61,039 bases of DNA from Alphaproteobacteria bacterium (GCA_029941135.1 JAPYRI010000003.1:21093-82131); one strand, 5' to 3'. Shown: positions 1 to 9,050, counted from the stretch's first letter. Numbers and translations are program-made. Notes: generated by a model from the letters alone, not told the origin.

Positions 1-69
1 CGGAAGTCAGAGATCGGAAGTCAGAGATCGGAAGTCAGAGATCGGAAGTCAGAGATCGGAAGTCAGAGA
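1..69. repeat. Tandem repeat, 14-bp unit CGGAAGTCAGAGAT (two related heptamers CGGAAGT/CAGAGAT), about 5 copies, cut by window edge
   Basis: Read directly: exact units at 1-14, 15-28, 29-42, 43-56 and a 13-nt copy at 57-69. Confidence 0.95.
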
Positions 70-227
70 AAGTGCCGAGCGGTTGTCCGAAACAATGGAC
101 GATATTTTTGCCAGTGTGTGCGCCACCCGCACTACGCAACAACCAAGCAAGTATATCGTAAGTTGTCCCCAATGCCAACCAAAAATCAACCGTAAGGGTT
201 GAGAAAATGTTGATTTTGAATACAATG

Positions 228-722
228 TTATTCGTCTTGGGGCGCGAACGGTACTTTGGCGGCTTGGGCGGCGCGCCAGGCGGTCAGCCGGTCGCTGAGG
301 GCGGGATCTTCCAGCGCCAATATGGCGGCGGCAAACAGGCCGGCGTTCTTCGCCCCTGATTTACCGATGGCGAAGGTGGCCACCGGAATGCCGCCCGGCA
401 TCTGAACCGTGGCCAGTAGACTGTCGAGACCCTTTAAACTAGCGCTTTCCAGGGGGACGCCGAGCACAGGCAAGGTGGTCAACCCGGCTGTCACTCCGGC
501 CAAATGGGCAGCGGCCCCGGCGCCTGCAATGATCACTTTTATGCCACGTTCCCGCGCCGATCCCACATAATCATGCAACCGCTCGGGTGTCCGGTGGGCC
601 GAGATTATGCGGGCCTCGTTGGAAATTTCTAGTTCGGCCAGAACCGTGTTGGCGGCTTTCATGGCGGACCAGTCCGACTGGCTACCCATGATGACACCGA
701 CTGTGACCGGATCAGTACTCAT
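228..722 (-). CDS. purE: N5-carboxyaminoimidazole ribonucleotide mutase
   Basis: VGVIMGSQSD, SAHRTP, IAGAGAAAHLAG, SLLATVQMPGGIPVAT motifs; ATG at 722 preferred to 752, which overlaps the upstream gene. Confidence 0.96.
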   Translation of the reverse strand: MSTDPVTVGVIMGSQSDWSAMKAANTVLAELEISNEARIISAHRTPERLHDYVGSARERGIKVIIAGAGAAAHLAGVTAGLTTLPVLGVPLESASLKGLDSLLATVQMPGGIPVATFAIGKSGAKNAGLFAAAILALEDPALSDRLTAWRAAQAAKVPFAPQDE

Positions 723-744
723 ACGTGCAATTTCCTTATGTGAA

Positions 745-951
745 TTATGCAATAATATCCGGCAATAAGCCGCTATTCAGCCGCTGAATTTGATCTTTTA
801 CCTGAAGTTTGCGCTTTTTGAGGCGCTGAATTTGAAGTTGATCGAGCGGCCGCACCTCGATCAATGCGGTGATCGCGGCGTCCAGGTCCCGGTGGAGGGA
901 TACCAGCCGGTCGAGCTTTTCCTTCAACTCGTCCTGATCTGTCATATGCAA
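745..951 (-). CDS. YdcH/DUF465 family small coiled-coil protein
   Basis: HRDLDAAI..L....LDQLQIQRLKKRKLQVKDQI pattern; usual position upstream of purE in alphaproteobacteria; ATG at 945 is an alternative start. Confidence 0.85.
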   Translation of the reverse strand: MHMTDQDELKEKLDRLVSLHRDLDAAITALIEVRPLDQLQIQRLKKRKLQVKDQIQRLNSGLLPDIIA

Positions 952-1227
952 TGGGTCTTGAACGTGTCTTTGGAATTTGAATTTCGAGCGTGTATTCCTG
1001 GGTCACTCCCTAGTAAGCGCACAAATATTCCCCATAGGCGTGCATCCTAACACAATTTACAGATTTCAGGGAAATCGTGATGACCGAAGAATTCGTATAC
1101 AATATCAACTACTTAGATCGGGTGCGTTGATTTTCCCCCGGGCCTTATTTTGAGTTGAGGGCTGACAACCTCGCAAGTTTGTGATTTACTGTGGACACCC
1201 CCGCACGAGCATAGGGAGACGGACAGC

Positions 1228-1392
1228 ATGAATGGTGAGTCTCAGGTTATTCTATTGCGCGAGAAACACTCGAAACTGCAGCAACAAATAGATAGCGAAT
1301 ACCAACGACCAATACCAGACGACATCCACCTTCACGAACTCAAGCGGGAAAAGCTCCGATTAAAAGACAAAATCGCAAGGATTGAACATTAG
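1228..1392 (+). CDS. YdcH/DUF465 family small protein (54 aa, absent from ORF track)
   Basis: Hand translation MNGESQVILLREKHSKLQQQIDSEYQRPIPDDIHLHELKREKLRLKDKIARIEH*; AGGGAG RBS at 1213-1218; H..L...I..E..RP.PD...L..LKREKLRLKD pattern. Confidence 0.85.
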   Translation: MNGESQVILLREKHSKLQQQIDSEYQRPIPDDIHLHELKREKLRLKDKIARIEH

Positions 1393-1403
1393 TTAGAGCC
1401 AGG

Positions 1404-1440
1404 CCGGGTCCCTCGAAAAAGGGTGCCGGTTTTTTCGTTT
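1404..1440 (+). terminator. Probable intrinsic terminator after DUF465 gene
   Basis: CCGG-GT-CCCT / AGGG-TG-CCGG stem with an internal mismatch, followed by TTTTTT. Confidence 0.5.
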
Positions 1441-1498
1441 GGGGGTTAGGGGCGCCGTGGATACCGCGGCGTTCTGCTATTTAGGGGAAGGTTACTGA

Positions 1499-3136
1499 TT
1501 ATAAAGCCTCGGCCCTCTCCCGCAGGACATATTTCTGTACCTTGCCGGTCGACGTTTTGGGTAAGTCGGCAAAGACGACCGTTTTTGGTACCTTGAACCC
1601 AGCCATATTGTCGCGACAAAAATCGATGATGTCTTGTACCTCGATATCTTGCCGGTCCGGATGGAGAGTCACAAACGCACACGGTGTTTCCCCCCATTTT
1701 TCGTCGGACCGGGCGACAACGGCGGCTTCCGAAACCGCCGGATGCTTGTAGAGAATGTTCTCAATTTCTATCGATGAGATGTTTTCGCCGCCCGAAATAA
1801 TAATGTCTTTTGAGCGGTCCTTCAGTTCGACATAACCGTCCGCGTGCAGCACTCCCAGATCGCCACTGTGAAACCAATCTTCGGCGAACGATTTGTCGGT
1901 TGTGGCTGGGTTCTTCAGATAGCCCTTCATCACCAAATTGCCGCGCATCATCACTTCGCCCAAGGTCTTGCCATCGGCGGGCACCGGCTTCATGGTCTCC
2001 GGATCGAGCACCGCCAACCCTTCAAGTACGGGGTAGCGCACGCCTTGTCGGGCTTTCAGCCGCGCCCGTTCGTCGATCTCAAGGTTGTTCCATTCCTCAT
2101 GCCAGGCGTTAATGACGGCCGGGCCGTAGGTTTCGGTAAGGCCATAAACGTGGGTGACGTTGAAGCCTTCCTGCTCCATGGCGGCAATGACGGCGGGCGG
2201 TGGCGGTGCAGCGGCGGTGATCATCTCGACTGGATGGTCCAGGGGCGTTTTGTCCGCTTCGGCCGCGTTTATCAACAGACCCATAACGATGGGTGCACCG
2301 CACATGTGAGTGACTTTGTGAGTGTCGATCGCCTGATAGATTTCCTGTGCTTCCACGCGCCGCAGGCACACATGGGTGCCGGCCACGACGCTCAATGTCC
2401 AGGGAAAGCACCAGCCATTGCAGTGGAACATGGGCAGTGTCCACAGATAGATCGGGTGGCTGCCGAGCCGTGCGGTGATGGTATTACTCAGGGCCGACAA
2501 ATGGGCGCCGCGGTGGTGATAGACCACGCCTTTGGGATCGCCTGTGGTGCCTGACGTGTAATTAAGTGAGATCGCTTGCCATTCATTTTCGGGCGGCGAC
2601 CAGGGCGTGTCGGGGGCGCCCTCGTCAAGGAATGCTTCGTAATCCATCTCGCCCAGCAAGTCCCCGGCGCCGGTAAAAACCGGATCATCGATATCGATCA
2701 CCAGTGGTCGCTGCTTGACCATTTTCAAAGCAGCCTTGATGGTCGCGCTAAACTCCCGGTCGGTGATTAAAACTTTGGCTTCGCCGTGATCCAAGATAAA
2801 TGCAATGGCCTCCGCGTCCAGCCGATAGTTGAGTGCGTTTAGGACCGCACCCACCATGGGAACGCCGTAATGGACTTCCAACATTGCCGGTACATTGGGC
2901 GCCATAATGGCGACTGTATCGCCAAGGCCGATCCCTCGGGCGATGAGCGCGCCTGCAAGACGCCGGCAGCGCGCGTAAAGGTCAGTATATGTGCGCCGTA
3001 GGTCCCCATGAATGACCGCTGTACGCTGCGGATAAACCGCTGCCGCACGCTCCAGGAACCCGAGCGGGGAGAGTGACTGGTGGTTGGCCGCTACTTGATC
3101 CAACCCGTTTTCGAATATGTTTTTGGCCCCGCTCAT
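1499..3136 (-). CDS. Acyl-CoA synthetase (AMP-binding family)
   Basis: SLNYTSGTTGDPKGV, HVYGLTETYGP, WFHSGDLG, DRSKDIIISGGENIS, KTSTGKVQK motifs. Confidence 0.93.
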   Translation of the reverse strand: MSGAKNIFENGLDQVAANHQSLSPLGFLERAAAVYPQRTAVIHGDLRRTYTDLYARCRRLAGALIARGIGLGDTVAIMAPNVPAMLEVHYGVPMVGAVLNALNYRLDAEAIAFILDHGEAKVLITDREFSATIKAALKMVKQRPLVIDIDDPVFTGAGDLLGEMDYEAFLDEGAPDTPWSPPENEWQAISLNYTSGTTGDPKGVVYHHRGAHLSALSNTITARLGSHPIYLWTLPMFHCNGWCFPWTLSVVAGTHVCLRRVEAQEIYQAIDTHKVTHMCGAPIVMGLLINAAEADKTPLDHPVEMITAAAPPPPAVIAAMEQEGFNVTHVYGLTETYGPAVINAWHEEWNNLEIDERARLKARQGVRYPVLEGLAVLDPETMKPVPADGKTLGEVMMRGNLVMKGYLKNPATTDKSFAEDWFHSGDLGVLHADGYVELKDRSKDIIISGGENISSIEIENILYKHPAVSEAAVVARSDEKWGETPCAFVTLHPDRQDIEVQDIIDFCRDNMAGFKVPKTVVFADLPKTSTGKVQKYVLRERAEAL

Positions 3137-3146
3137 GGCGCTACAA

Positions 3147-3860
3147 CTATTCGATGGTTCCCTGGGGTTCGGCCTCAGACGGCATTATTTCAGGCGGAGT
3201 TGATCCGGCAGGTGCGGGTGTTTTGCCCTGGACTGATTTTTCCGCAGCCGCGTCTGGAACAGTTCCGCTATTTGCCGCATCCGCTGCATCGGCTTCCGCA
3301 TCGGCTTTCGCGGTTTTCTTGCGCTCGGCCTCTTCCAGCCGATCTTTCTTGGCAGAGGCTTTAGCGACCACCTGATCCAGCTCTATTTGAGTGCACAACG
3401 CGAGGGCCACAGGATCGTTCGGCTTAATGTTTGACGAATTCCAGTGTGTCCGGTCGCGCACGGCATTGATGGTCGGTTTGGTGGTGCCAACCAGTTTGGA
3501 GATTTGACCATCGGTCAATTCTGGATGATAGCGCACGAGCCAAGCAATGGCGTCAGGACGGTCCTGCCGACGCGACACCGGTGTATAGCGGGGCCCTTTG
3601 CGGCGTGCAATCGGTGTTGTCTGTTCGCTCAGAACCAATCGTGCCGCCACGTCATTGCCGCAACGATCAATTTCATCCTGGGTCAACTGTCCATTTGCCA
3701 CCGGGTCGGTGCCGACTATGCCTTGAGCCACATCACCATCGGCGATACCTTTCACCTCCAGCGGGTGTAACCCACAGAAGTCAGCGATCTGGTCAAAAGT
3801 TAGCACTGTGTTGTCCACGAGCCATACGGCTGTTGCCTTGGGCATCAGGGGCTGAGACAT
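3147..3860 (-). CDS. trcR: DUF1013 family protein (TrcR-like cell-cycle transcription regulator)
   Basis: PLMPKATAVWLVDNT.LTFDQIADFCGLHPLEVKGIADG and GPRYTPVSRRQDRPDAIAWL, the signature of the alphaproteobacterial DUF1013 family. Confidence 0.85.
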   Translation of the reverse strand: MSQPLMPKATAVWLVDNTVLTFDQIADFCGLHPLEVKGIADGDVAQGIVGTDPVANGQLTQDEIDRCGNDVAARLVLSEQTTPIARRKGPRYTPVSRRQDRPDAIAWLVRYHPELTDGQISKLVGTTKPTINAVRDRTHWNSSNIKPNDPVALALCTQIELDQVVAKASAKKDRLEEAERKKTAKADAEADAADAANSGTVPDAAAEKSVQGKTPAPAGSTPPEIMPSEAEPQGTIE

Positions 3861-3978
3861 GTGTCCTCCTTACTTTATATTGCGGCCATATACAGGGCCG
3901 ATCTCGATTGCGCAACCGTCGCTGGAGCCGGTTTTCCTGCGCTGTCATGTTGTTTGCGCCGGGACCGAATACTAGAAT

Positions 3979-4980
3979 TTATTTTACTGTGAGCACAATT
4001 TTACCTATATGCGCGCCACTCTCCAGTCGCTTGTGTGCGTCATTTGCCGCGGCCAATGGAAAAGTAGAATCGATAACCGGTGCAATCCGCCCATCATTGA
4101 GAAGGGGCCATACCCTTTCCTTAAGTGCCATGGCAATACTTGCTTTTTGTTCGACCGTGCGCGGGCGGAGTGTCGAACCAGTGAGAGTCAACCGCTTTAA
4201 CAGCAGCGGCATAAAGTTTACCTCGGCCACGGGCCCATTCAAAAAAGCGATATTAACAATCCGCCCTTCCATGGCCGCGCAGGCAATGTTCTTTTGAAAA
4301 TAGTCACCGCCGACCATATCCAGTACCACATCTACACCTGCGCCTTCGGTAACTTGCTCAATTACTTCGCCAAAATCTTCTTTTCGATAGTTTATCGCTT
4401 GCGCGGCGCCCAAGTTTTCACAGGCTTTACATTTTTCAGCGCTTCCTGCGGTCGCATATACCGTTGATCCCAGGACGGATGCCAATTGGATGGCAGTTGT
4501 CCCAATGCCCGAAGATCCACCATGAATGAGAATACTTTCGCCGGGTTTCAATGCGCCCCGCTCAAATACGTTTGTCCAAACCGTAAAAAAGGTTTCCGGC
4601 AAGGCTGCCGCTTGTACCATATTGTACCCATTGGGCAGGGGCAGTGCTTGCGGGGCCGGAACGACGGCATATTCCGCATATCCGCCACCCGCGAGCAGCG
4701 CACATAACTGGTCGCCCACTTGCCATTCGCGCGTGTCTTGACCGACCTCTACGATGGTACCCGCGACTTCGAGCCCCGGCGTGGCCGGTGCGCCGGGCGG
4801 CGGCGGATATCCGCCCGCGCGTTGGAGCGCATCTGGCCGGTTCACGCCAGCGGCGGCCACTTTAACCAAGACCTCGTTGGGCCCTGGGCGAGGAACGGAC
4901 AATTTTACCGGGCGCAATACATCAGGTCCGCCGGGTTCAGTGATTTCAATGGCTATCATATTGTCGGGAATGACGGTCAT
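3979..4980 (-). CDS. NAD(P)H-quinone oxidoreductase, PIG3 family (MDR superfamily)
   Basis: AAAGVNRPD.LQR.G.YPPPPGA, LIHGGSSGIGTTAIQ, TGSTLRPR, HIGKIVL. Confidence 0.92.
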   Translation of the reverse strand: MTVIPDNMIAIEITEPGGPDVLRPVKLSVPRPGPNEVLVKVAAAGVNRPDALQRAGGYPPPPGAPATPGLEVAGTIVEVGQDTREWQVGDQLCALLAGGGYAEYAVVPAPQALPLPNGYNMVQAAALPETFFTVWTNVFERGALKPGESILIHGGSSGIGTTAIQLASVLGSTVYATAGSAEKCKACENLGAAQAINYRKEDFGEVIEQVTEGAGVDVVLDMVGGDYFQKNIACAAMEGRIVNIAFLNGPVAEVNFMPLLLKRLTLTGSTLRPRTVEQKASIAMALKERVWPLLNDGRIAPVIDSTFPLAAANDAHKRLESGAHIGKIVLTVK

Positions 4981-5347
4981 GACTTCTATCTTTGAACTAC
5001 CTTTAATGTGCGGAACATATGAGTTCCAGATTTACCATTTCAGGTACTCTTGTAATTCAGGTCGAGTATTGCCGGAACCTTACCAACAAGGAAATGACCC
5101 AATAGGACCCGGAGTACGGGTATGAGCTATATACAATCGAGAATCGAAGAGAGGATGTCTCACCTGGACATCTAGCGCTTTCCCTCAAATCTGGCAAGCC
5201 TAGCCGCTGAATCAAAGTGATTCGAACTCAAATGACCATGCTAGATAAAGACCCCTCAGAGTCATTGCCAATGGGAACACTTTGCACCTTGCGCTAACAC
5301 ACTATTGTCACAAGTGTTTCTAAAGAACCAACCAAGTCAGGGCGCAA

Positions 5348-5362
5348 TTAAACCTACATTAA
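5348..5362. promoter_or_regulatory. CtrA-type binding site TTAA-N7-TTAA
   Basis: TTAA ACCTACA TTAA read directly; matches the alphaproteobacterial CtrA full-site consensus; lies in the intergenic region upstream of the RcdA-like gene. Confidence 0.5.
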
Positions 5363-5654
5363 TGTTTGAGGGCTAGCCTAATAATCAAGTAATCCAAACC
5401 CTAGGATTACTTGTGGACCCCATCCACTTTTGTAAATGCCTCCCTGTAGACTCGATCCATCTCAACCGAGGCGGCTCTTTTTTGCCAAATTTCTGATCGA
5501 CTTTCCCGACCGTAACCGAGTGCCGTAGGTCAAACTGTTGCCTTCAGAGCACACTGATTGCGCATTTATCGGCGACCGATTCAGCGTTTCTTGACCCTAC
5601 CTGCTTTAGGTCCGTACCTTCTATTGATTGGACGCCGAGTCTGACAGGTAAGGC

Positions 5655-5707
5655 AAAAAAAAATGAAAATATGGGGTTGTCCGGGGTGGGCGACCCTAAT
5701 TTTTTTT
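5655..5707. terminator. Orphan, probably bidirectional intrinsic terminator
   Basis: Stem GGGTTGTCC (5674-5682) / GGGCGACCC (5688-5696) with G.U pairs, T-run after (5700-5707), A-run before (5655-5663). Confidence 0.55.
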
Positions 5708-5912
5708 ACCTTACTCATATTGTTGACCAATTCCCGATTGTCCCTGCCGTTAACGTCATCACAAACCGTTATTGGTTTAGCAATGCGTTAACGCGCTTAC
5801 TCTAATTTATTCACATCATTCATACGGACCTAAGACTTATCCTCGTGGGTTGTTGCAAGTATTGTCCGAGATACAATAGGTCTCGTTCTATCGAAATTAA
5901 TTGGAAGACTAG

Positions 5913-6344
5913 GTGGACCCGATGACGACAATGCCAATGGAATCCAAGCAACTCCTTTCACTTTACGACGAAGCGAAGGAAATGCTCACCGAAGCCGCCG
6001 GTTATTTTGGTGGACCTGGCAGTCCTGCTAAACTCAGCCTGACTTACGATAATACTTTGGCCTACGCCGAGGGCAGTAAATGTGTTACCGCCCGGCTTAT
6101 GGAAATTATGGCTTGGTTATTTGTTCAGCGCGCAATAATTGCCGGTGGAATGACTACGGAAGAATCTGTTGAGAAAGTCAACCGGCTGGCCCATGTTGCG
6201 GGCCCCAGTGTTAATCCGTCGGACGATAAGTTCAATTTACCCGTGGAATTTAAATCCTTAGATCAACGTTGCTGTGAATTGTTTAATCGGGTTCAGGAAA
6301 TAGATCATCTTATAAACGCCCCTCGCACCGGCGTTCATCATTAA
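5913..6344 (+). CDS. rcdA: DUF1465 family protein (RcdA-like ClpXP adaptor), divergent
   Basis: LYDEA..MLTEAAGYF.GPG, LAYA.GS..VTARLMEIMAWLF.QRAI..G.M, LP.EF..L..R...L..RV pattern; conserved position convergent with rpmE. Confidence 0.7.
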   Translation: MDPMTTMPMESKQLLSLYDEAKEMLTEAAGYFGGPGSPAKLSLTYDNTLAYAEGSKCVTARLMEIMAWLFVQRAIIAGGMTTEESVEKVNRLAHVAGPSVNPSDDKFNLPVEFKSLDQRCCELFNRVQEIDHLINAPRTGVHH

Positions 6345-6367
6345 TTTCTGTAGCACCACGCGGACAG

Positions 6368-6398
6368 AAAAATGGCGCCCCTGGGCGCCATTAATTTT
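6368..6398. terminator. Bidirectional terminator between DUF1465 gene and rpmE
   Basis: AATGGCGCC-CCTG-GGCGCCATT perfect stem (6371-6392) with A-run before and T-rich tail after. Confidence 0.75.
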
Positions 6399-6422
6399 AT
6401 GCCAAAGCGATGAACGCGTGAT

Positions 6423-6647
6423 CTAGCCTATTTTGAAATCGCCAAACCGCTTATTAAAGCGTGCCACTTGGCCACCTGTGTCCACGAGCCGTCTTGCACC
6501 ACCGGTCCAGGCCGGGTGAGTGTTTGGATCGACGTCTAATTTCAGCGTGTCGCCCTCGGCCCCATAGGTAGAACGGGTCGTAAAGGTGCTCCCGTCTGTC
6601 ATTTTGACGGTAATGGTGTGATAGTCCGGATGAATATCTTTCTTCAT
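6423..6647 (-). CDS. rpmE: 50S ribosomal protein L31 (no zinc-binding cysteines)
   Basis: [36 protein letters not shown]. Confidence 0.97.
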   Translation of the reverse strand: MKKDIHPDYHTITVKMTDGSTFTTRSTYGAEGDTLKLDVDPNTHPAWTGGARRLVDTGGQVARFNKRFGDFKIG

Positions 6648-6836
6648 GGCCGCGCTCCAAGTTGCGAGCGCGCTTTATACCCAAGGTGAGTGGGCCATGC
6701 AAGGGCTCTGGGCAGGTTTGGGCTCTTCTATCAGTTGAACACCTCAAGGACTGGTTGTGATTGCCCCAGTGGTCTTGCTATAGCTGTGCGCCTCAGCCCC
6801 CATATAGGCCCGAGAATGGCCCGAGAAAGGAAAATC

Positions 6837-7163
6837 ATGAAGCTCGAAGAAAGCGAGTTCATCCAACTCGCGGCGCGGACACTGGAAAGCTATTTGTCGG
6901 CGATTGAAGACGTTGAACCCGATGACGCCGATGCAGACTTTCAAGACGGAGTTTTGACCATTGAATTTGATGACGGGCGGACATTTATTATCAATCGCCA
7001 TGTGCCCTTACGGCAGATTTGGCTGTCGTCACCGGTCAGTGGTGCAGGCCATTTCGACTATCATGATGGGGCTTGGATTGCGTCGCGGGACGGTCGCAAT
7101 CTGGCTGTGACATTGGCGTCGGAGTTGACCGAATTGCTGCAGATCGATGTGAGAATTTCGTGA
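6837..7163 (+). CDS. cyaY: Frataxin-like iron donor protein
   Basis: DGVLTIEF, FIINRHVPLRQIWLSSPVSGAGHFDY; ATG at 6837 with upstream AGGA is preferred to the ORF-track start at 6690. Confidence 0.9.
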   Translation: MKLEESEFIQLAARTLESYLSAIEDVEPDDADADFQDGVLTIEFDDGRTFIINRHVPLRQIWLSSPVSGAGHFDYHDGAWIASRDGRNLAVTLASELTELLQIDVRIS

Positions 7164-7181
7164 GTGAATTAGGTTTCATCG

Positions 7182-9035
7182 TTGCAGCGGAGAATTTGGG
7201 TGGCTGAAAATTCCAGACGTCCCGAATTGGCAATAAGCGAAGAACGCCCGGCGAGTAGCGGCGTGCGTCCGCTGTTGGCAGTCGCAAAATTCCTGAAACC
7301 TTACCTGCGCGTCATTGTCGGTGCGTTGGCCGCTCTGGTGGTCGCGGCAGGGGCAACATTGGCTATTGGGGAAGCCATTCGGCAAGTGGTTGATGAAGGC
7401 ATATCGGCCGACGGAAGCGGAAATATCGATGCTTTTTTTCTTGGCCTGCTGGCAGTCGTTGCGGTGTTAGCTGCGGCCACATATGCCCGCTTTTACCTGG
7501 TTTCATGGCTCGGAGAGCGGGCCGTCGCCGATATCAGGAATGCGGTATACAGTCACGTGATCGGGCTGAGTGCCGAGTTTTTTGATTACACCCGCAGTGG
7601 AGAACTCCAGTCACGCTTGACCACGGACACAACCCTTATTCAAACCGTGGTCGGCTCAACCGCGTCGATCGCTTTGCGCAATATATTGCTGTTTATCGGC
7701 GGCATCGTGATGCTAGTCATTACCAGCCCCAAACTGACCGCTCTCGTATTTGTAGTGGTACCGGTAGTGGTACTCCCGATCGTTGTCTTTGGGCGCAAAG
7801 TGCGCCGTCTTTCACGGCGTAGTCAGGACAGGATCGCAGATGTAAGCGCGCTGGCCGGCGAAACTTTGGGTGCAGTTCAGACAGTTCAAGCATTCACTCA
7901 CGAAGAGCCGCACAGGATTGAATTTGCCGACACTACTGAAAGCGCTTTTCGCATTGCCGTGCGACGCATACGCGCGCGCGCGATGCTCACCGCGATCGTA
8001 ATATTGTTCATATTCGGTGCGGTTGATGCGGTTTTGTGGATTGGCGCCAAGGATGTTGTCGTTGGCACAATGACCGGCGGTGAATTGGCGGCTTTTGTCT
8101 TTTACGCCATTGTAGTGGCCGGCGCCCTGGGCGCCCTGAGTGAAGTTTACGGTGATTTACAAAGAGCTGCTGGAGCGACAGATCGGCTGATGGAACTGCT
8201 GACGGTTGAGCCCCATATTCGTATCCCAGAAGCGCCGATCCGGTTGCCCGACCCGCCCCGTGGGGCTCTCGAACTAGAAGGCGTTAAATTTTACTATCCT
8301 TCCCGACCCGACGATCGCGCGCTTGACGGTCTGTCTCTCAAAGTGGCGTCAGGCGAGACCGTGGCGCTTGTGGGACCTTCTGGAGCAGGTAAAAGCACTG
8401 TTTTTCAAATGCTGTTACGGTTTTACGACCCTCAGGAAGGATGTATTCGGCTTGATGGTGTTGACATCACTGACGCCACTCCAAAGGACGTGCGCGCGCG
8501 CATGGGGATCGTCCAGCAGGACCCCATTTTGTTTGGCGCGAGTGCCCGAGAAAATATTCGCTATGGCCGTCCGGATGCAACCGATGACGAGGTGCGCGCG
8601 GCGGCAGAAATGGCGGCAGCGGCAGAATTTATAGACGCCTTACCACAGGGGTTCGATACGTTTTTGGGGGAACGTGGAGCGCGTTTATCGGGGGGACAAC
8701 GTCAGCGCATCGCCATTGCCCGCGCGATTTTACGCAACCCGGCTGTGCTGCTGCTGGACGAAGCCACAAGCGCCCTGGATGCTGAAAATGAGCGTTTGGT
8801 ACAGACCGCACTCGAAAAACTGATGGCCGATCGAACCACCATTGTCATTGCCCACCGGTTGGCGACGATAAAAAAGGCTGATCGGATCGTGGTCATGGAT
8901 GCGGGCCGCCTGATCGCAGAGGGTAGACATGATGAATTGATCGCGGGCGGAGGTCTTTATGCCCGCTTGGCCCAATTGCAGTTTGGTATGGGCGGCGAAG
9001 ACACCACTGAACCCACCGCATTGGCCGGTGAGTAA
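7182..9035 (+). CDS. ABC exporter, fused transmembrane and ATP-binding domains (MsbA-like type IV exporter)
   Basis: Hydrophobic N-terminal half; Walker A GPSGAGKS, signature LSGGQRQR, Walker B LLLDEATSALD, IAHRL; start uncertain. Confidence 0.93.
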   Translation: MQRRIWVAENSRRPELAISEERPASSGVRPLLAVAKFLKPYLRVIVGALAALVVAAGATLAIGEAIRQVVDEGISADGSGNIDAFFLGLLAVVAVLAAATYARFYLVSWLGERAVADIRNAVYSHVIGLSAEFFDYTRSGELQSRLTTDTTLIQTVVGSTASIALRNILLFIGGIVMLVITSPKLTALVFVVVPVVVLPIVVFGRKVRRLSRRSQDRIADVSALAGETLGAVQTVQAFTHEEPHRIEFADTTESAFRIAVRRIRARAMLTAIVILFIFGAVDAVLWIGAKDVVVGTMTGGELAAFVFYAIVVAGALGALSEVYGDLQRAAGATDRLMELLTVEPHIRIPEAPIRLPDPPRGALELEGVKFYYPSRPDDRALDGLSLKVASGETVALVGPSGAGKSTVFQMLLRFYDPQEGCIRLDGVDITDATPKDVRARMGIVQQDPILFGASARENIRYGRPDATDDEVRAAAEMAAAAEFIDALPQGFDTFLGERGARLSGGQRQRIAIARAILRNPAVLLLDEATSALDAENERLVQTALEKLMADRTTIVIAHRLATIKKADRIVVMDAGRLIAEGRHDELIAGGGLYARLAQLQFGMGGEDTTEPTALAGE

Positions 9036-9050
9036 AAATCTTATGAGCGT

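Noticed and set aside
1-69. CRISPR array at the left edge
   Set aside because: Units are directly abutting with no unique spacers and are only 14 bp; no cas genes are present.
1105-1116. CAA-NN-ACTTAG motif shared with 56544-56554 (post-tRNA) and loosely with 43510-43519, as a recombinase site family
   Set aside because: The common core CAA-N4-TTA fixes only 6 bases and is expected tens of times by chance in 61 kb; no att duplication supports it at 1.1 kb.
3581-4297. 238-aa plus-strand ORF and many similar antisense ORFs (e.g. 1844-2554, 49251-50078, 52484-53203)
   Set aside because: They lie opposite well-supported genes in GC-rich DNA, where long antisense frames are expected; no RBS or motif support.
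5122-5297. Tiny ORFs MSYIQSRIEERMSHLDI (5122-5175) and MTMLDKDPSESLPMGTLCTLR (from 5232) as a DUF1192 remnant
   Set aside because: Too short, and I see no convincing similarity to DUF1192; a tBLASTn would be needed.
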